From Escherichia coli (GTDB taxonomy: Bacteria > Pseudomonadota > Gammaproteobacteria > Enterobacterales > Enterobacteriaceae), in the NCBI RefSeq assembly GCF_046105845.1, contig NZ_CP151004.1: a stretch of 64,000 nucleotides of DNA. One strand, given 5' to 3'. A model generated the notes under the pieces. The model searched no databases, had not been told where the DNA came from, and saw nothing but the letters and a program-made list of their open reading frames with translations. Below, piece by piece: positions 47,020 through 57,155 of this stretch (its first letter is position 1; each line of letters opens with the position of its first letter). A program made the position numbers and the translations under genes.

Positions 47020-49214
47020 AATTTGATAAACCCGCAGGGGAAAACCCGATCGATCAGCTGAAGGTTGTCGGTCGTCCCCATGACCGCATCGACGGACCGC
47101 TGAAAACTACTGGCACGGCACGCTACGCCTACGAATGGTATGAAGAAGCTCCCAACGCCGCCTATGGTTATATCGTCGGTTCCGCCATTGCCAAAGGATC
47201 CCTCACCGCCCTCGATACGGACGCCGCGCAAAAAGCGCCGGGCGTACTGGCTGTCATTACCGCCAGTAACGCCGGGGCACTCGGCAAAGGCGACAAAAAC
47301 ACCGCCAGGCTGTTAGGCGGCCCCACTATTGAGCACTATCATCAGGCCATTGCGCTGGTAGTGGCTGAGACCTTCGAACAGGCGCGAGCGGCGGCCTCGC
47401 TGGTGCAGGCGCACTATCGCCGTAATAAAGGAGCTTACTCCCTGGCGGACGAGAAACAGGCCGTCAGTCAGCCGCCGGAAGACACGCCCGATAAAAATGT
47501 TGGTGACTTTGACGGGGCTTTCACCTCCGCTGCGGTGAAGATTGATGCTACCTACACGACCCCGGACCAGAGCCATATGGCGATGGAGCCGCATGCCTCG
47601 ATGGCCGTCTGGGATGGAAATAAGCTTACTCTCTGGACCTCAAATCAGATGATTGACTGGTGCCGCACCGATCTGGCAAAAACGCTGAAAGTGCCCGTGG
47701 AGAATGTGCGTATTATCTCCCCGTATATCGGCGGAGGGTTTGGCGGCAAGCTGTTCCTGAGAAGCGATGCGCTGCTGGCGGCCCTCGCCGCCCGTGCGGT
47801 GAAACGTCCGGTTAAAGTGATGCTCCCCCGCCCCACTATTCCCAATAACACCACGCACCGCCCCGCCACCCTTCAGCACTTGCGTATCGGTACTGACCAG
47901 AGCGGGAAAATCACCGCTATCTCACATGAAAGCTGGTCCGGAAACCTGCCCGGCGGCACGCCGGAAACGGCGGTACAGCAAAGCGAATTACTCTACGCCG
48001 GAGTGAGTCGTCATACCGGCCTGCGGCTCGCCACGCTTGATTTGCCGGAAGGGAACGCCATGCGTGCGCCCGGCGAAGCCCCCGGTCTGATGGCGCTCGA
48101 AATCGCGATCGATGAACTGGCGGAAAAAGCGGGCATCGATCCCGTCGAGTTTCGCATCCTGAATGACACTCAGGTTGACCCCGCCGACCCGACGCGCCGC
48201 TTCTCTCGCCGTCAGCTTATCGAGTGCTTGCGCACCGGAGCGGATAAATTTGGCTGGAAGCAGCGCAACGCCACACCCGGACAGGTGCGCGACGGGGAGT
48301 GGCTAGTCGGCCACGGCGTCGCAGCGGGCTTTCGCAATAATCTGCTGGAAAAATCGGGTGCGCGGGTTCATCTCGAACAAAACGGCACCGTTACCGTGGA
48401 AACGGACATGACCGATATTGGCACTGGCAGCTACACCATTCTGGCCCAGACGGCAGCGGAAATGCTTGGCGTACCGCTGGAGCAGGTTGCGGTTCACCTC
48501 GGCGATTCCAGTTTCCCGGTTTCTGCGGGGTCTGGTGGACAATGGGGCGCGAATACCTCCACCTCCGGCGTTTACGCCGCCTGTGTGAAGCTTCGCGAAA
48601 TGATTGCCTCGGCAGTCGGGTTTGATCCTGAGCAGTCGCAGTTTGCCGACGGCAAGATTACCAACGGTACCCGAAGCGCCATGCTACATGAGGCCACCGC
48701 AGGCGGCAGACTGACAGCGGAAGAAAGCATTGAATTCGGAACACTGAGCAAGGAGTACCAGCAGTCGACCTTTGCCGGGCATTTTGTGGAGGTCGGCGTG
48801 CATAGCGCGACGGGAGAAGTTCGGGTCCGGCGTATGCTCGCTGTGTGTGCTGCAGGACGCATCCTGAATCCGAAAACTGCACGCAGCCAGGTCATTGGCG
48901 CAATGACTATGGGCATGGGCGCGGCACTGATGGAGGAGCTGGCGGTGGATAACCGTTTGGGCTACTTCGTTAATCACGATATGGCGGGGTATGAGGTTCC
49001 GGTCCATGCGGATATCCCAAAACAGGAGGTGATTTTCCTGGATGATACCGACCCCATATCCTCCCCGATGAAGGCCAAAGGTGTCGGTGAGCTGGGCCTG
49101 TGCGGCGTGAGCGCGGCTATCGCCAACGCGGTGTATAACGCCACCGGTATTCGGGTACGGGATTATCCCATCACTCTGGATAAGCTGCTCGATAAGCTGC
49201 CGGATGTGGTTTAA
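47016..49214 (+). CDS. paoC: Aldehyde oxidoreductase molybdopterin-binding subunit PaoC
   Basis: 732 aa xanthine-dehydrogenase-family Mo subunit; 4-bp overlap with paoB. Confidence 0.9.
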   Translation: MKFDKPAGENPIDQLKVVGRPHDRIDGPLKTTGTARYAYEWYEEAPNAAYGYIVGSAIAKGSLTALDTDAAQKAPGVLAVITASNAGALGKGDKNTARLLGGPTIEHYHQAIALVVAETFEQARAAASLVQAHYRRNKGAYSLADEKQAVSQPPEDTPDKNVGDFDGAFTSAAVKIDATYTTPDQSHMAMEPHASMAVWDGNKLTLWTSNQMIDWCRTDLAKTLKVPVENVRIISPYIGGGFGGKLFLRSDALLAALAARAVKRPVKVMLPRPTIPNNTTHRPATLQHLRIGTDQSGKITAISHESWSGNLPGGTPETAVQQSELLYAGVSRHTGLRLATLDLPEGNAMRAPGEAPGLMALEIAIDELAEKAGIDPVEFRILNDTQVDPADPTRRFSRRQLIECLRTGADKFGWKQRNATPGQVRDGEWLVGHGVAAGFRNNLLEKSGARVHLEQNGTVTVETDMTDIGTGSYTILAQTAAEMLGVPLEQVAVHLGDSSFPVSAGSGGQWGANTSTSGVYAACVKLREMIASAVGFDPEQSQFADGKITNGTRSAMLHEATAGGRLTAEESIEFGTLSKEYQQSTFAGHFVEVGVHSATGEVRVRRMLAVCAAGRILNPKTARSQVIGAMTMGMGAALMEELAVDNRLGYFVNHDMAGYEVPVHADIPKQEVIFLDDTDPISSPMKAKGVGELGLCGVSAAIANAVYNATGIRVRDYPITLDKLLDKLPDVV

Positions 49215-49223
49215 GGAGGAACA

Positions 49224-50180
49224 ATGTCATACCCACTTTTTGACAAAGACGAGCACTGGCATAAGCCAGAGCAGGCGTTTCTCACCGATGACCACCAGGC
49301 CATTCTGCGCTTCGCCGTAGAGGCGCTAATGTCCGGTAAAGGAGCGGTGCTGGTGACGCTGGTGGAAATACGCGGCGGCGCGGCGCGCCCGCTCGGGGCG
49401 CAGATGGTGGTGCGCGAAGATGGCCGTTACTGCGGTTTTGTCTCTGGCGGCTGCGTGGAGGCCGCTGCCGCTTTTGAAGCGCTGGAGGTGATGGGCTCAG
49501 GCCGCGATCGCGAAGTTCGCTATGGCGAAGGTTCACCGTGGTTTGACATCGTTCTGCCCTGCGGCGGTGGGATCACGCTGACGCTCCATAAACTACGCTC
49601 GGCACAGCCTCTGCTCGCCGTGCTGAACCGCCTGGAACAGAGAAAACCGGCGGGTCTGCGCTACGATCCGCAAGCTCAATCGCTGGTGTGCCTGCCCACG
49701 CAAACCCGGACGGGCTGGAATCTCAATGGCTTTGAGGTGGGGTTCAGGCCATGCGTCAGGCTGATGATTTACGGACGTTCTCTTGAGGCGCAGGCAACCG
49801 CGAGTCTTGCAGCAGCCACAGGCTATGACAGCCATATCTTCGATCTTTTTCCGGCCTCAGCCAGCGCTCAGATCGATACCGATACGGCGGTCATTTTGCT
49901 GTGCCATGATCTCAACCGGGAGCTGCCAGTGTTGCAGGCCGCGCGAGAAGCAAAACCCTTTTATCTCGGCGCATTGGGCAGCTATCGAACCCACACGTTA
50001 CGTCTGCAAAAGCTCCACGAGCTGGGATGGTCCAGGGAGGAAACAACGCAAATCCGGGCACCCGTCGGGATATTCCCCAAAGCCCGGGATGCGCATACTC
50101 TGGCACTCTCCGTGCTGGCAGAAGTCGCCTCTGTACGTCTCCATCAGGAGGAGGATTCATGCCTGCCCCCGTCGTCCTGA
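49224..50180 (+). CDS. paoD: XdhC-like molybdenum cofactor insertion chaperone PaoD
   Basis: 318 aa; follows paoC. Confidence 0.88.
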   Translation: MSYPLFDKDEHWHKPEQAFLTDDHQAILRFAVEALMSGKGAVLVTLVEIRGGAARPLGAQMVVREDGRYCGFVSGGCVEAAAAFEALEVMGSGRDREVRYGEGSPWFDIVLPCGGGITLTLHKLRSAQPLLAVLNRLEQRKPAGLRYDPQAQSLVCLPTQTRTGWNLNGFEVGFRPCVRLMIYGRSLEAQATASLAAATGYDSHIFDLFPASASAQIDTDTAVILLCHDLNRELPVLQAAREAKPFYLGALGSYRTHTLRLQKLHELGWSREETTQIRAPVGIFPKARDAHTLALSVLAEVASVRLHQEEDSCLPPSS

Positions 50181-50240
50181 TCCTTGCGGCCGGGCGTGGA
50201 GAGCGCTTTCTCGCCTCCGGGGGAAATACCCATAAATTAA
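50160..50240 (+). pseudogene. N-terminal fragment of a MobA/MocA-like molybdopterin nucleotidyltransferase
   Basis: MPAPVVLILAAGRGERFLASGGNTHKL has the nucleotidyltransferase P-loop (L-x-x-AAG-x-G-x-R); homology ends after about 27 codons; ATG overlaps paoD 3' end. Confidence 0.4.
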
Positions 50241-50359
50241 GAGAAAAATCTGCAGTAGTCGTTTTAGAAAATCACCTAAATCGTTTAAAAGAGCGCCCAA
50301 CCCATAGTGGGCGCTCATCGCCTTGTGTGACTTATTCAGCAACGCGCACCCTCGCCGGA

Positions 50360-51553
50360 CTAAAGCGCACCGGCCTTCTGGCGTGCGGTAACAAAGGTCA
50401 GTACGCCAGCGCAAAGGAGCAGCACGCTACTCATAGCAAACGTGCTCTGCCAGCCAAGGCGGTCAAATACGATGCCTCCTGCTGTTGATCCAAGGGCGAT
50501 GGCGAGCTGAATCACCGCGACCATGAGCCCGCCTCCGGCTTCGGCGTTGTCAGGCAACGTACGCGCAATCCATGTCCACCATCCGGTTGGCGCGGCGGTG
50601 GCCAGCATGCCCCAGAGTCCTAACAGCAGCGAGACCGTCCAGACGTGATGCCCGGTCAGCATCAGACCGATAGCAATGACGGCCATCAGTCCGGGTATGG
50701 CCATCAGCGTGGGGTAGAATTTTCTGTTGAGAAATGCCGAAACAACCAGCGTGCCAATAAAACCGGCCACGCCGATAATCAGCAAAATCAACGACAAGCC
50801 TAAGGAATTAACCCGTGTCACCGACTCCAGAAACGGGCGCACATAGGTGAATAGTGCAAACTGCCCCATGAAAAACAGGCAGCAGGCTATCATGCCGACC
50901 ACAACCATGCGGCGGCTAAATAAGCGGAATACCGCGCCACATGAAGTGTGGCTTTTATTCGCATCCATGCTTGGCAGGCTGATGCACTGCCAGATAAAGG
51001 CGACAACCGCGATGGGCACCAGGCACAAGAAAGCGCCTCGCCATCCGACCGTAGCCCCCAGATAGCTTCCCAGCGGTGCGGCCACGACCGTCGCCAGCGC
51101 ATTACCGGCGTTGAAAATTGCCAGCGCACGCGTGACCTGATGCTGCGGCACCAGACGAATCGCCGTTGCCGCTGACATCGACCAGAATCCGCCAATAGCC
51201 ACACCAATCATCGCACGACCGACCATATACATCAGATAACTGGAAGCCAGCGCAATAATAAGCCCCGATACGGCCATCAGAACCGTCATCCCCAGCAGCA
51301 GGAACTTACGATTCATCTTTCCAGCTAGCGTTGAAAGCGTCAGGCTGGTCAGAACCGCCAGCGCGCCGGAGATAGCAATCCCCTGCCCTGCCAGCCCCTC
51401 CGTCACGCCTAAATCGCGGGTAATCGGCGTGAGCAGGCTGACGGGCATAAATTCAGAAGCAATCAGCACAAACACGCACAGGGTCATGGCAAAAATACCG
51501 CCCCAGTATGCGCGCTGATGATGAGGTGATAGTGTTTGGCTTAGTGTCGACAT
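50360..51553 (-). CDS. MFS transporter (12 TM, drug/metabolite efflux-like)
   Basis: 397-aa hydrophobic ORF with MFS-like repeated TM pattern. Confidence 0.8.
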   Translation of the reverse strand: MSTLSQTLSPHHQRAYWGGIFAMTLCVFVLIASEFMPVSLLTPITRDLGVTEGLAGQGIAISGALAVLTSLTLSTLAGKMNRKFLLLGMTVLMAVSGLIIALASSYLMYMVGRAMIGVAIGGFWSMSAATAIRLVPQHQVTRALAIFNAGNALATVVAAPLGSYLGATVGWRGAFLCLVPIAVVAFIWQCISLPSMDANKSHTSCGAVFRLFSRRMVVVGMIACCLFFMGQFALFTYVRPFLESVTRVNSLGLSLILLIIGVAGFIGTLVVSAFLNRKFYPTLMAIPGLMAVIAIGLMLTGHHVWTVSLLLGLWGMLATAAPTGWWTWIARTLPDNAEAGGGLMVAVIQLAIALGSTAGGIVFDRLGWQSTFAMSSVLLLCAGVLTFVTARQKAGAL

Positions 51554-51628
51554 AGTGAAATTTCACAAAGATCAGGATAAAAGCCACCAGCCTATGGCCG
51601 GTGGCTTTGCATCAATTCAGGAGAGGTT

Positions 51629-52786
51629 TTATTTCAGTTTGGTCTGGAAAAATTGTTCGAACTTCGCGAAAGGTATTTTTCCGGCCACGTTATCGTACAG
51701 GTCCACGTGATTTGCCCCTGGTACCACCACCAACTCTTTGTCTTTACTGCCAACCGCCTTGTAAGCATCTTCAGCAAAATAGCGTGAATGTGCTTTCTCA
51801 CCGGTCACAATCAGCGTCGGAATGGTGATTTCACTGGCGTAGCTCAACAGCGGCATATTCATAAATGACAGCGGCATCGTTGCCGTCCACGCCCCGGTAG
51901 AGTTAACGGAACGTTCGTGGAAGCCGCGCGGCATGCGATAGTAGTCAAAGAACTCTTTCAGTACCGGATGAGGATTTGCCGGCAGCGTTTCTGGCAGAAT
52001 GCGCTCGCCAGCACTGACCTTGCCGTTGCTATCGACATTAATATCATGACCACCGTGAGCGAACGTTCCGCTCTGCGCATCCTGCCAGCGCTGTTCATTC
52101 AGATATTGCAGAACGGCACGACGGTCGGCGGTAGAATAACGGTCTTTGCCATCCCCCACACCATGACCCATCGCCCGGCTCATGTCATACATCACGCTGG
52201 TAGCTACCGCTTTAACGCGGGTATCCATCGCCACGTCGTTCAGCGCCATGCCGCCCCAGCCACAAATACCGAGCAGCCCGATACGGTTGCGATCTACCTC
52301 TTTTTGCAGCCCTAAGAAATCCACCGCCGCGCTGAAATCTTCAGTGTTGATATCCGGTGAGGCGACGTTTCGCGGATAGCCGCCGCTTTCCCCGGTGTAA
52401 GAAGGATCGAACGCCAGGGTAACAAACCCTCGTTCCGCCAGCGTCTGCGCATACAGGCCGCTGGATTGCTCTTTCACCGCGCCAAATGGCCCACTGACCG
52501 CAATCGCCGCCAGCTTGCGATCGCCACGGTCTTTAGGCAGGTAAAGATCGCCCACTAAGGTGATGCCATATCGGTTCGGGAACGAGACTTTACGGTGATC
52601 GACTTTCTGGCTCTCGGCGAACGTTTTATCCCATTTATCTGTCATGGACACAGGGGCATTAGGATTGGTTGAATCAGCATAACTCATTGTCGTGACCCCA
52701 CTTAATGATGCGAAAAGCAGCATGGTCGGCATCGCGGTTTTTAGCGTTCGGGTGAAGGCTTTCATAAAAATCCCCATAAAAAACAA
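51629..52786 (-). CDS. Secreted alpha/beta hydrolase, dienelactone-hydrolase-like (GxCxG)
   Basis: 385 aa; signal peptide; GICGWGG nucleophile elbow; paralog of 31954-32874. Confidence 0.7.
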   Translation of the reverse strand: MFFMGIFMKAFTRTLKTAMPTMLLFASLSGVTTMSYADSTNPNAPVSMTDKWDKTFAESQKVDHRKVSFPNRYGITLVGDLYLPKDRGDRKLAAIAVSGPFGAVKEQSSGLYAQTLAERGFVTLAFDPSYTGESGGYPRNVASPDINTEDFSAAVDFLGLQKEVDRNRIGLLGICGWGGMALNDVAMDTRVKAVATSVMYDMSRAMGHGVGDGKDRYSTADRRAVLQYLNEQRWQDAQSGTFAHGGHDINVDSNGKVSAGERILPETLPANPHPVLKEFFDYYRMPRGFHERSVNSTGAWTATMPLSFMNMPLLSYASEITIPTLIVTGEKAHSRYFAEDAYKAVGSKDKELVVVPGANHVDLYDNVAGKIPFAKFEQFFQTKLK

Positions 52787-52951
52787 CAGAGAGATACAGG
52801 TTTCCGACGGACAACGCTGCGGTGCTTTACTTTGATGGGGTCATTATAGTGAGCAGAATTAGTGCTGATTAGGGGGCGATTAATGCTAAGATTAATACCA
52901 TATTGTTATAAATTAATGCGGAGATTGCCGGCATGAAGGGGGGATGTTTCA

Positions 52952-53836
52952 ATGGCGAAAAGGGAGAACTACAACGAGCTGTACCTGTTTATGCAGGTGG
53001 TGCGGGAAGGCAGCTTTACCGCAGCGGCTCAGCGGCTGGGTCTTGCTCAGTCAGGAGTCAGCCGTTCTGTTCGCGAGCTTGAAGAAAGGCTCGGCGTCCA
53101 GCTGCTAGTGCGCACCACGCGTAAACTGTCGCTGACACAAGCAGGCGAGCAGCTCTACCAGAAGACGGCATCTGGATTTGAAATGTTAGATCTTGGGCTT
53201 GCCACGCTGGCGCACTATCGAGAGACGCCCTCCGGCACGGTGCGTATCAATGCCAGCCAGCACGCGATTGATAAATGCCTGCTGCCAAAGCTGGCGGTAT
53301 TTAAACAGCGATATCCTGATATCCGGCTTGAACTGATAAATGAGAGCCGGTTCGTCGATATCATCGAGGAAAGATTCGATGCAGGTGTCCGCCTGGGGCC
53401 TGAAGTCGGCCAGGGTATGGTCGCGGTACGCATCACGCCCGATATGGAGATGGCAATTGTGGGGACTCCGGAACATTTTCGTCGCTATGGTTTTCCGCAA
53501 ACCCCGGCGGATTTAAAGGCGCATCCCTGTATCGCCTATCAGTTTGCCGACGGCAGCGTATACCAGTGGGAACTCAATCAGGATGATAAAAAAATCACTC
53601 ATCGCCCTGAAGGGCAATGGGCCTTATCCGACAGCTATATGGAAGCAGAAGCCGCCCGGCTGGGCCTCGGATTGGCCTATGTTCCTGTTGAACTGGTCGC
53701 GGATGATTTAGAACACGGTAAGCTTATCAGGGTGTTGCAGCGTTACAGCCTGCGAATGGAGGGATTGTTTCTCTATTACCCTCATCGCAACGTCTCCCCC
53801 GCCCTGCGGATGGTCATTGATACATTGAAAATCTGA
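52952..53836 (+). CDS. LysR-family transcriptional regulator
   Basis: 294 aa; LysR HTH (LYLFMQVVREGSFTAAAQRLGLAQSGVSRSVRELEERLG); divergent from hydrolase gene. Confidence 0.8.
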   Translation: MAKRENYNELYLFMQVVREGSFTAAAQRLGLAQSGVSRSVRELEERLGVQLLVRTTRKLSLTQAGEQLYQKTASGFEMLDLGLATLAHYRETPSGTVRINASQHAIDKCLLPKLAVFKQRYPDIRLELINESRFVDIIEERFDAGVRLGPEVGQGMVAVRITPDMEMAIVGTPEHFRRYGFPQTPADLKAHPCIAYQFADGSVYQWELNQDDKKITHRPEGQWALSDSYMEAEAARLGLGLAYVPVELVADDLEHGKLIRVLQRYSLRMEGLFLYYPHRNVSPALRMVIDTLKI

Positions 53837-54061
53837 ACGTTAATAACGACCGACTCTTCACTGTGCAACATTGTGTCAGGTAGTCCCTCTGCGTTCAATT
53901 CCAGGGTCTGCTTTGAGCGAGAAAGAGGGGACTATCCAGCAATGGAGATCACCCAAAAGAAAAAACCACCTGGCTCCCTCGACAACCTTCATCCAGGCAT
54001 TTAGCCTCAATCAACATTTTTATATCTGTCAGGTTACTTCATGATGAAAACTGATCATTAT

Positions 54062-54315
54062 CGTTGTTTTTGTTGCAATAGTAGAATACGCGTATTTATT
54101 CCTCCATCTCTATTAATAACGGCAATAAACTGTTCACTTCACTGATATTTAAAATATGTATCCTTTTCAAGCTGTTCAGCGGCGTAAGAAAAAGTATTAA
54201 TTATGAATTCGACGATTTAACCATATCTGTCTGATTGGTAATCATCCGTGATTAATGTTGGTCTATTGATTACGCCAGCATTAACCGCTTAGGGATGTAT
54301 TCTTCCTGTTGATAT
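54062..54315 (+). repeat. Degenerate paralogous copy of the ykgR 3' half fused to the ykgO 3' end plus downstream sequence
   Basis: About 90% identity over about 100 bp to 34776-34885 and about 75-80% over about 145 bp to 35561-35705, by eye; ykgM/ykgO and the Zur box are missing from this copy. Confidence 0.7.
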
Positions 54316-54607
54316 CCCCCCCTCGAAAAAGAGAGAAAATAAAACTGTGTCCAATATTACTCTACCACTCCAGACCGAAGCATCGGTGGGATTAGCAGGA
54401 CGACTGGTACAGAAGGATGGTATAGCGTCATTTGTCGGGCATTCCATTGCCATAATAATGACAATTTTGAATCAATAGACATGCTTCTTGATCATGTCTT
54501 AAAAATTAGACCATGAGCCTTACGAAGCATCATTTTTACTGACTGGTATTAACTTTGCTATCATATAAACTCTGTTCTTAAAAACGCGCCCAGAATTTAT
54601 ATGATTT

Positions 54608-54745
54608 TCATTGTTTTTCTGCCTGTAAAGAAATTTCTTTTTCAGTGCTGTCGATGGTTGAACCGACGGCAGTAATCGTTTTGGCGACGCTACTGAAGGA
54701 TATTAAAGACAGTGTAACCACAACAATTAAAGAATAGATAATATT
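54608..54745 (-). CDS. Hypothetical small hydrophobic protein (about 45 aa from MNIIYSLIVVVTLSLISF)
   Basis: ORF only; single predicted TM/signal-like segment; no homology recognised. Confidence 0.2.
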   Translation of the reverse strand, partial: NIIYSLIVVVTLSLISFSSVAKTITAVGSTIDSTEKEISLQAEKQ

Positions 54746-54963
54746 CATGCTAATTCTCCTGACAATTGAGAGGATGAGTTTTATATACAAAGGCATTAAA
54801 TATGAGTCATGTTTACTCCCTGTGAAAATAATCTTACTGTAATTAAACCTTCATCTCCTTCGGAGTGAGCAATGCATAATATAATGCATCTTGCTATTCA
54901 AAACAGTGGATATAAATTTTCCTCGCGACCTATTTAATAAAACGTGAATATAAAAGTTAGTCT

Positions 54964-55515
54964 TCAGTTTGCAGATGCAGTAGGTCTGATGGTAATTTCG
55001 GTTGTATCAACTGTTTCGGGAGATTCAATAATATGCCTTACAGCACGGGCAATATCCGCGGGTTGAAGTGCAACAGAACGGTAGGCGTCCATTGACTTCA
55101 TGGTTTCCACATGGGTAATGGTTGAAGCCAGTTCACTTTCTACAACCCCAGGATTTACGCAGGTCACACGGATTTTCGAGCTTTCCTGCCGTAAGCCATC
55201 CGAAATAGCCCGTACTGCAAATTTTGATGCACAATAGACTGCGCCTGTGGGCACAACAGAAAGGACACCAATAGAACCAAGATTGATTATCTGACCGGAA
55301 CCCTGTGCTTCCATCACCGGAAGTACAGCGCCAATTCCCCAAAGTACGCCTTTGATATTCACGTCAATAGTGAGTTCCCATTCATCTTGTTTTCCTGCTG
55401 CAAGCGGTGAAAGCGGCATAACGCCCGCATTATTGATAAGAACATCAACTCGCCCCCAGCTATCCAGCGCTGCTTGCACGAAATCGGCCATGGACTGCCG
55501 GTCTGTGACATCCAA
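54964..55515 (-). pseudogene. 5'-truncated short-chain dehydrogenase/reductase (SDR) gene
   Basis: Contains SDR catalytic region (NNAG, YCASK) but lacks the N-terminal Rossmann TGxxxGxG segment; reading frame terminates at the junction with the integrase fragment. Confidence 0.6.
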
Positions 55516-55686
55516 CTTGCATTTTCAGAAATGGGAGGCTGGGAGTCTATCGAAATGGTTCGTCGATATGCTCACCTCGCGCCTAATCACCTTACCGAAC
55601 ACGCACGGCAAATAGACTCAGTCCTGAACCCATCGGTCCCAAATTTGTCCCAGTCAAAAAATAAGAAAGGTACTAATGATGTGTAA
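55516..55686 (+). pseudogene. C-terminal fragment of a tyrosine (P4-type) integrase abutting thrW
   Basis: [20 protein letters not shown] is a typical integrase C-terminus including the catalytic Tyr region; ends 15 bp from the tRNA 3' end; no N-terminal or core domain present. Confidence 0.6.
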
Positions 55687-55700
55687 CTTATTGATTTAAA

Positions 55701-55776
55701 TGGTGCCGATAATAGGAGTCGAACCTACGACCTTCGCATTACGAATGCGCTGCTCTACCAACTGAGCTATATCGGC
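55701..55776 (-). tRNA. thrW: tRNA-Thr (anticodon CGU)
   Basis: 76-nt cloverleaf read on minus strand: GCCGATATAGCTCAGTTGGTAGAGCAGCGCATTCGTAATGCGAAGGTCGTAGGTTCGACTCCTATTATCGGCACCA; anticodon loop contains CGT. Confidence 0.93.
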
Positions 55777-55890
55777 CCTGAAAGGACATGTTCACGAACG
55801 TGAATCACGGTGGACAAGGTTAAAACTAACCGGGCGATGCGTCAATGGCCTTGTGAATCAAATGGCTACTTTTGCATCACCCGGTTTTAT

Positions 55891-57144
55891 TTACGCACGA
55901 ATGGTGTAATCACCAATGCCGATCCACTTGTAAGTGGTCAGTGCTTCCAGCCCCATTGGGCCACGCGCGTGGAGTTTTTGTGTGCTTACCGCCACTTCCG
56001 CACCCAGACCAAACTGGCCGCCGTCGGTAAAACGCGTAGAGGCGTTAACGTAAACAGCGGACGAATCCACTTCGTTAACAAAACGCTGGGCGTTGCGCAT
56101 ATCGCGGGTCAGGATCGCATCGGAGTGTTGTGTGCCGTGTTCACGAATATGGGTGATGGCATCGTCAAGATCGCTGACGATTTTGACGTTCAAATCTAAT
56201 GACAGAAACTCATCGTCATACTCTTCCGCTTTCACAGCCACCACCTTCGCGGGGCCTGTCTGCAACTGCGCCAGCGCAGCTGCATCTGCGTGTAATGTCA
56301 CGCCGCTTTCCGCCATTTGTTTGCTTAATGCGGGCAGGAAGCTGTCGGCGATGTTTTTATTCACCAGCAACGTTTCAACCGTATTACATGTGCTCGGACG
56401 CTGGGTTTTCGCGTTGACGATTACTTTCAGGGCTTCAGCGATCTCTGCACTTTCATCAACATAAATATGGCATACGCCTATACCACCTGTGATCACCGGG
56501 ATCGTCGACTGTTCGCGGCACAGTTTATGCAGGCCAGCGCCACCACGCGGGATCAGCATGTCGATGTATTTATCCATACGCAGCATTTCACTGACCAGCA
56601 CACGGTCAGGATTATCAATCGCCTGCACGGCACCCGCCGGTAAGCCGCAGGATTTCAGGGCGTCCTGAATCACCGCCACCGTTGCAGCGTTAGTGCGACA
56701 CGTTTCTTTGCCGCCGCGCAGGATCACCGCGTTACCTGTTTTCAGGCACAGCGAAGCGACATCTACCGTCACGTTCGGGCGCGCTTCATAAATCACGCCA
56801 ATCACCCCCAGCGGCACGCGACGGCGCTCCAGACGCAGACCACTGTCCAGTACGCCGCCATCGATTACCTGCCCCACCGGATCGGCGAGATTACACACCT
56901 GACGCACATCGTCGGCGATGTCTTTCAGCCGTGCGGGCGTCAGTGCCAGACGGTCAAGCATCGCTTCGCTAAGGCCATTGGCACGCGCGTCAGCAACATC
57001 CTGGGCGTTAGCGTTGAGGATGATTTCGCTTTGTGCTTCCAGTTCATCGGCGATTTTTTCCAGCACACGATTTTTTTCGCGGCTGGAGAGTTGCGCTAAT
57101 TTATACGAGGCTTGCTTTGCGGCAATGCCCATTTGTTCCAGCAT
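55891..57144 (-). CDS. proA: Gamma-glutamyl phosphate reductase ProA
   Basis: 417 aa; sequence matches recalled ProA. Confidence 0.93.
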   Translation of the reverse strand: MLEQMGIAAKQASYKLAQLSSREKNRVLEKIADELEAQSEIILNANAQDVADARANGLSEAMLDRLALTPARLKDIADDVRQVCNLADPVGQVIDGGVLDSGLRLERRRVPLGVIGVIYEARPNVTVDVASLCLKTGNAVILRGGKETCRTNAATVAVIQDALKSCGLPAGAVQAIDNPDRVLVSEMLRMDKYIDMLIPRGGAGLHKLCREQSTIPVITGGIGVCHIYVDESAEIAEALKVIVNAKTQRPSTCNTVETLLVNKNIADSFLPALSKQMAESGVTLHADAAALAQLQTGPAKVVAVKAEEYDDEFLSLDLNVKIVSDLDDAITHIREHGTQHSDAILTRDMRNAQRFVNEVDSSAVYVNASTRFTDGGQFGLGAEVAVSTQKLHARGPMGLEALTTYKWIGIGDYTIRA

Positions 57145-57155
57145 CGGCCAGCTCC

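Noticed and set aside
55777-55890. Possible additional tRNA or attL repeat next to thrW
   Set aside because: No second cloverleaf or obvious duplicated tRNA 3' segment recognised by eye in the immediate flank; it would need a computational search.
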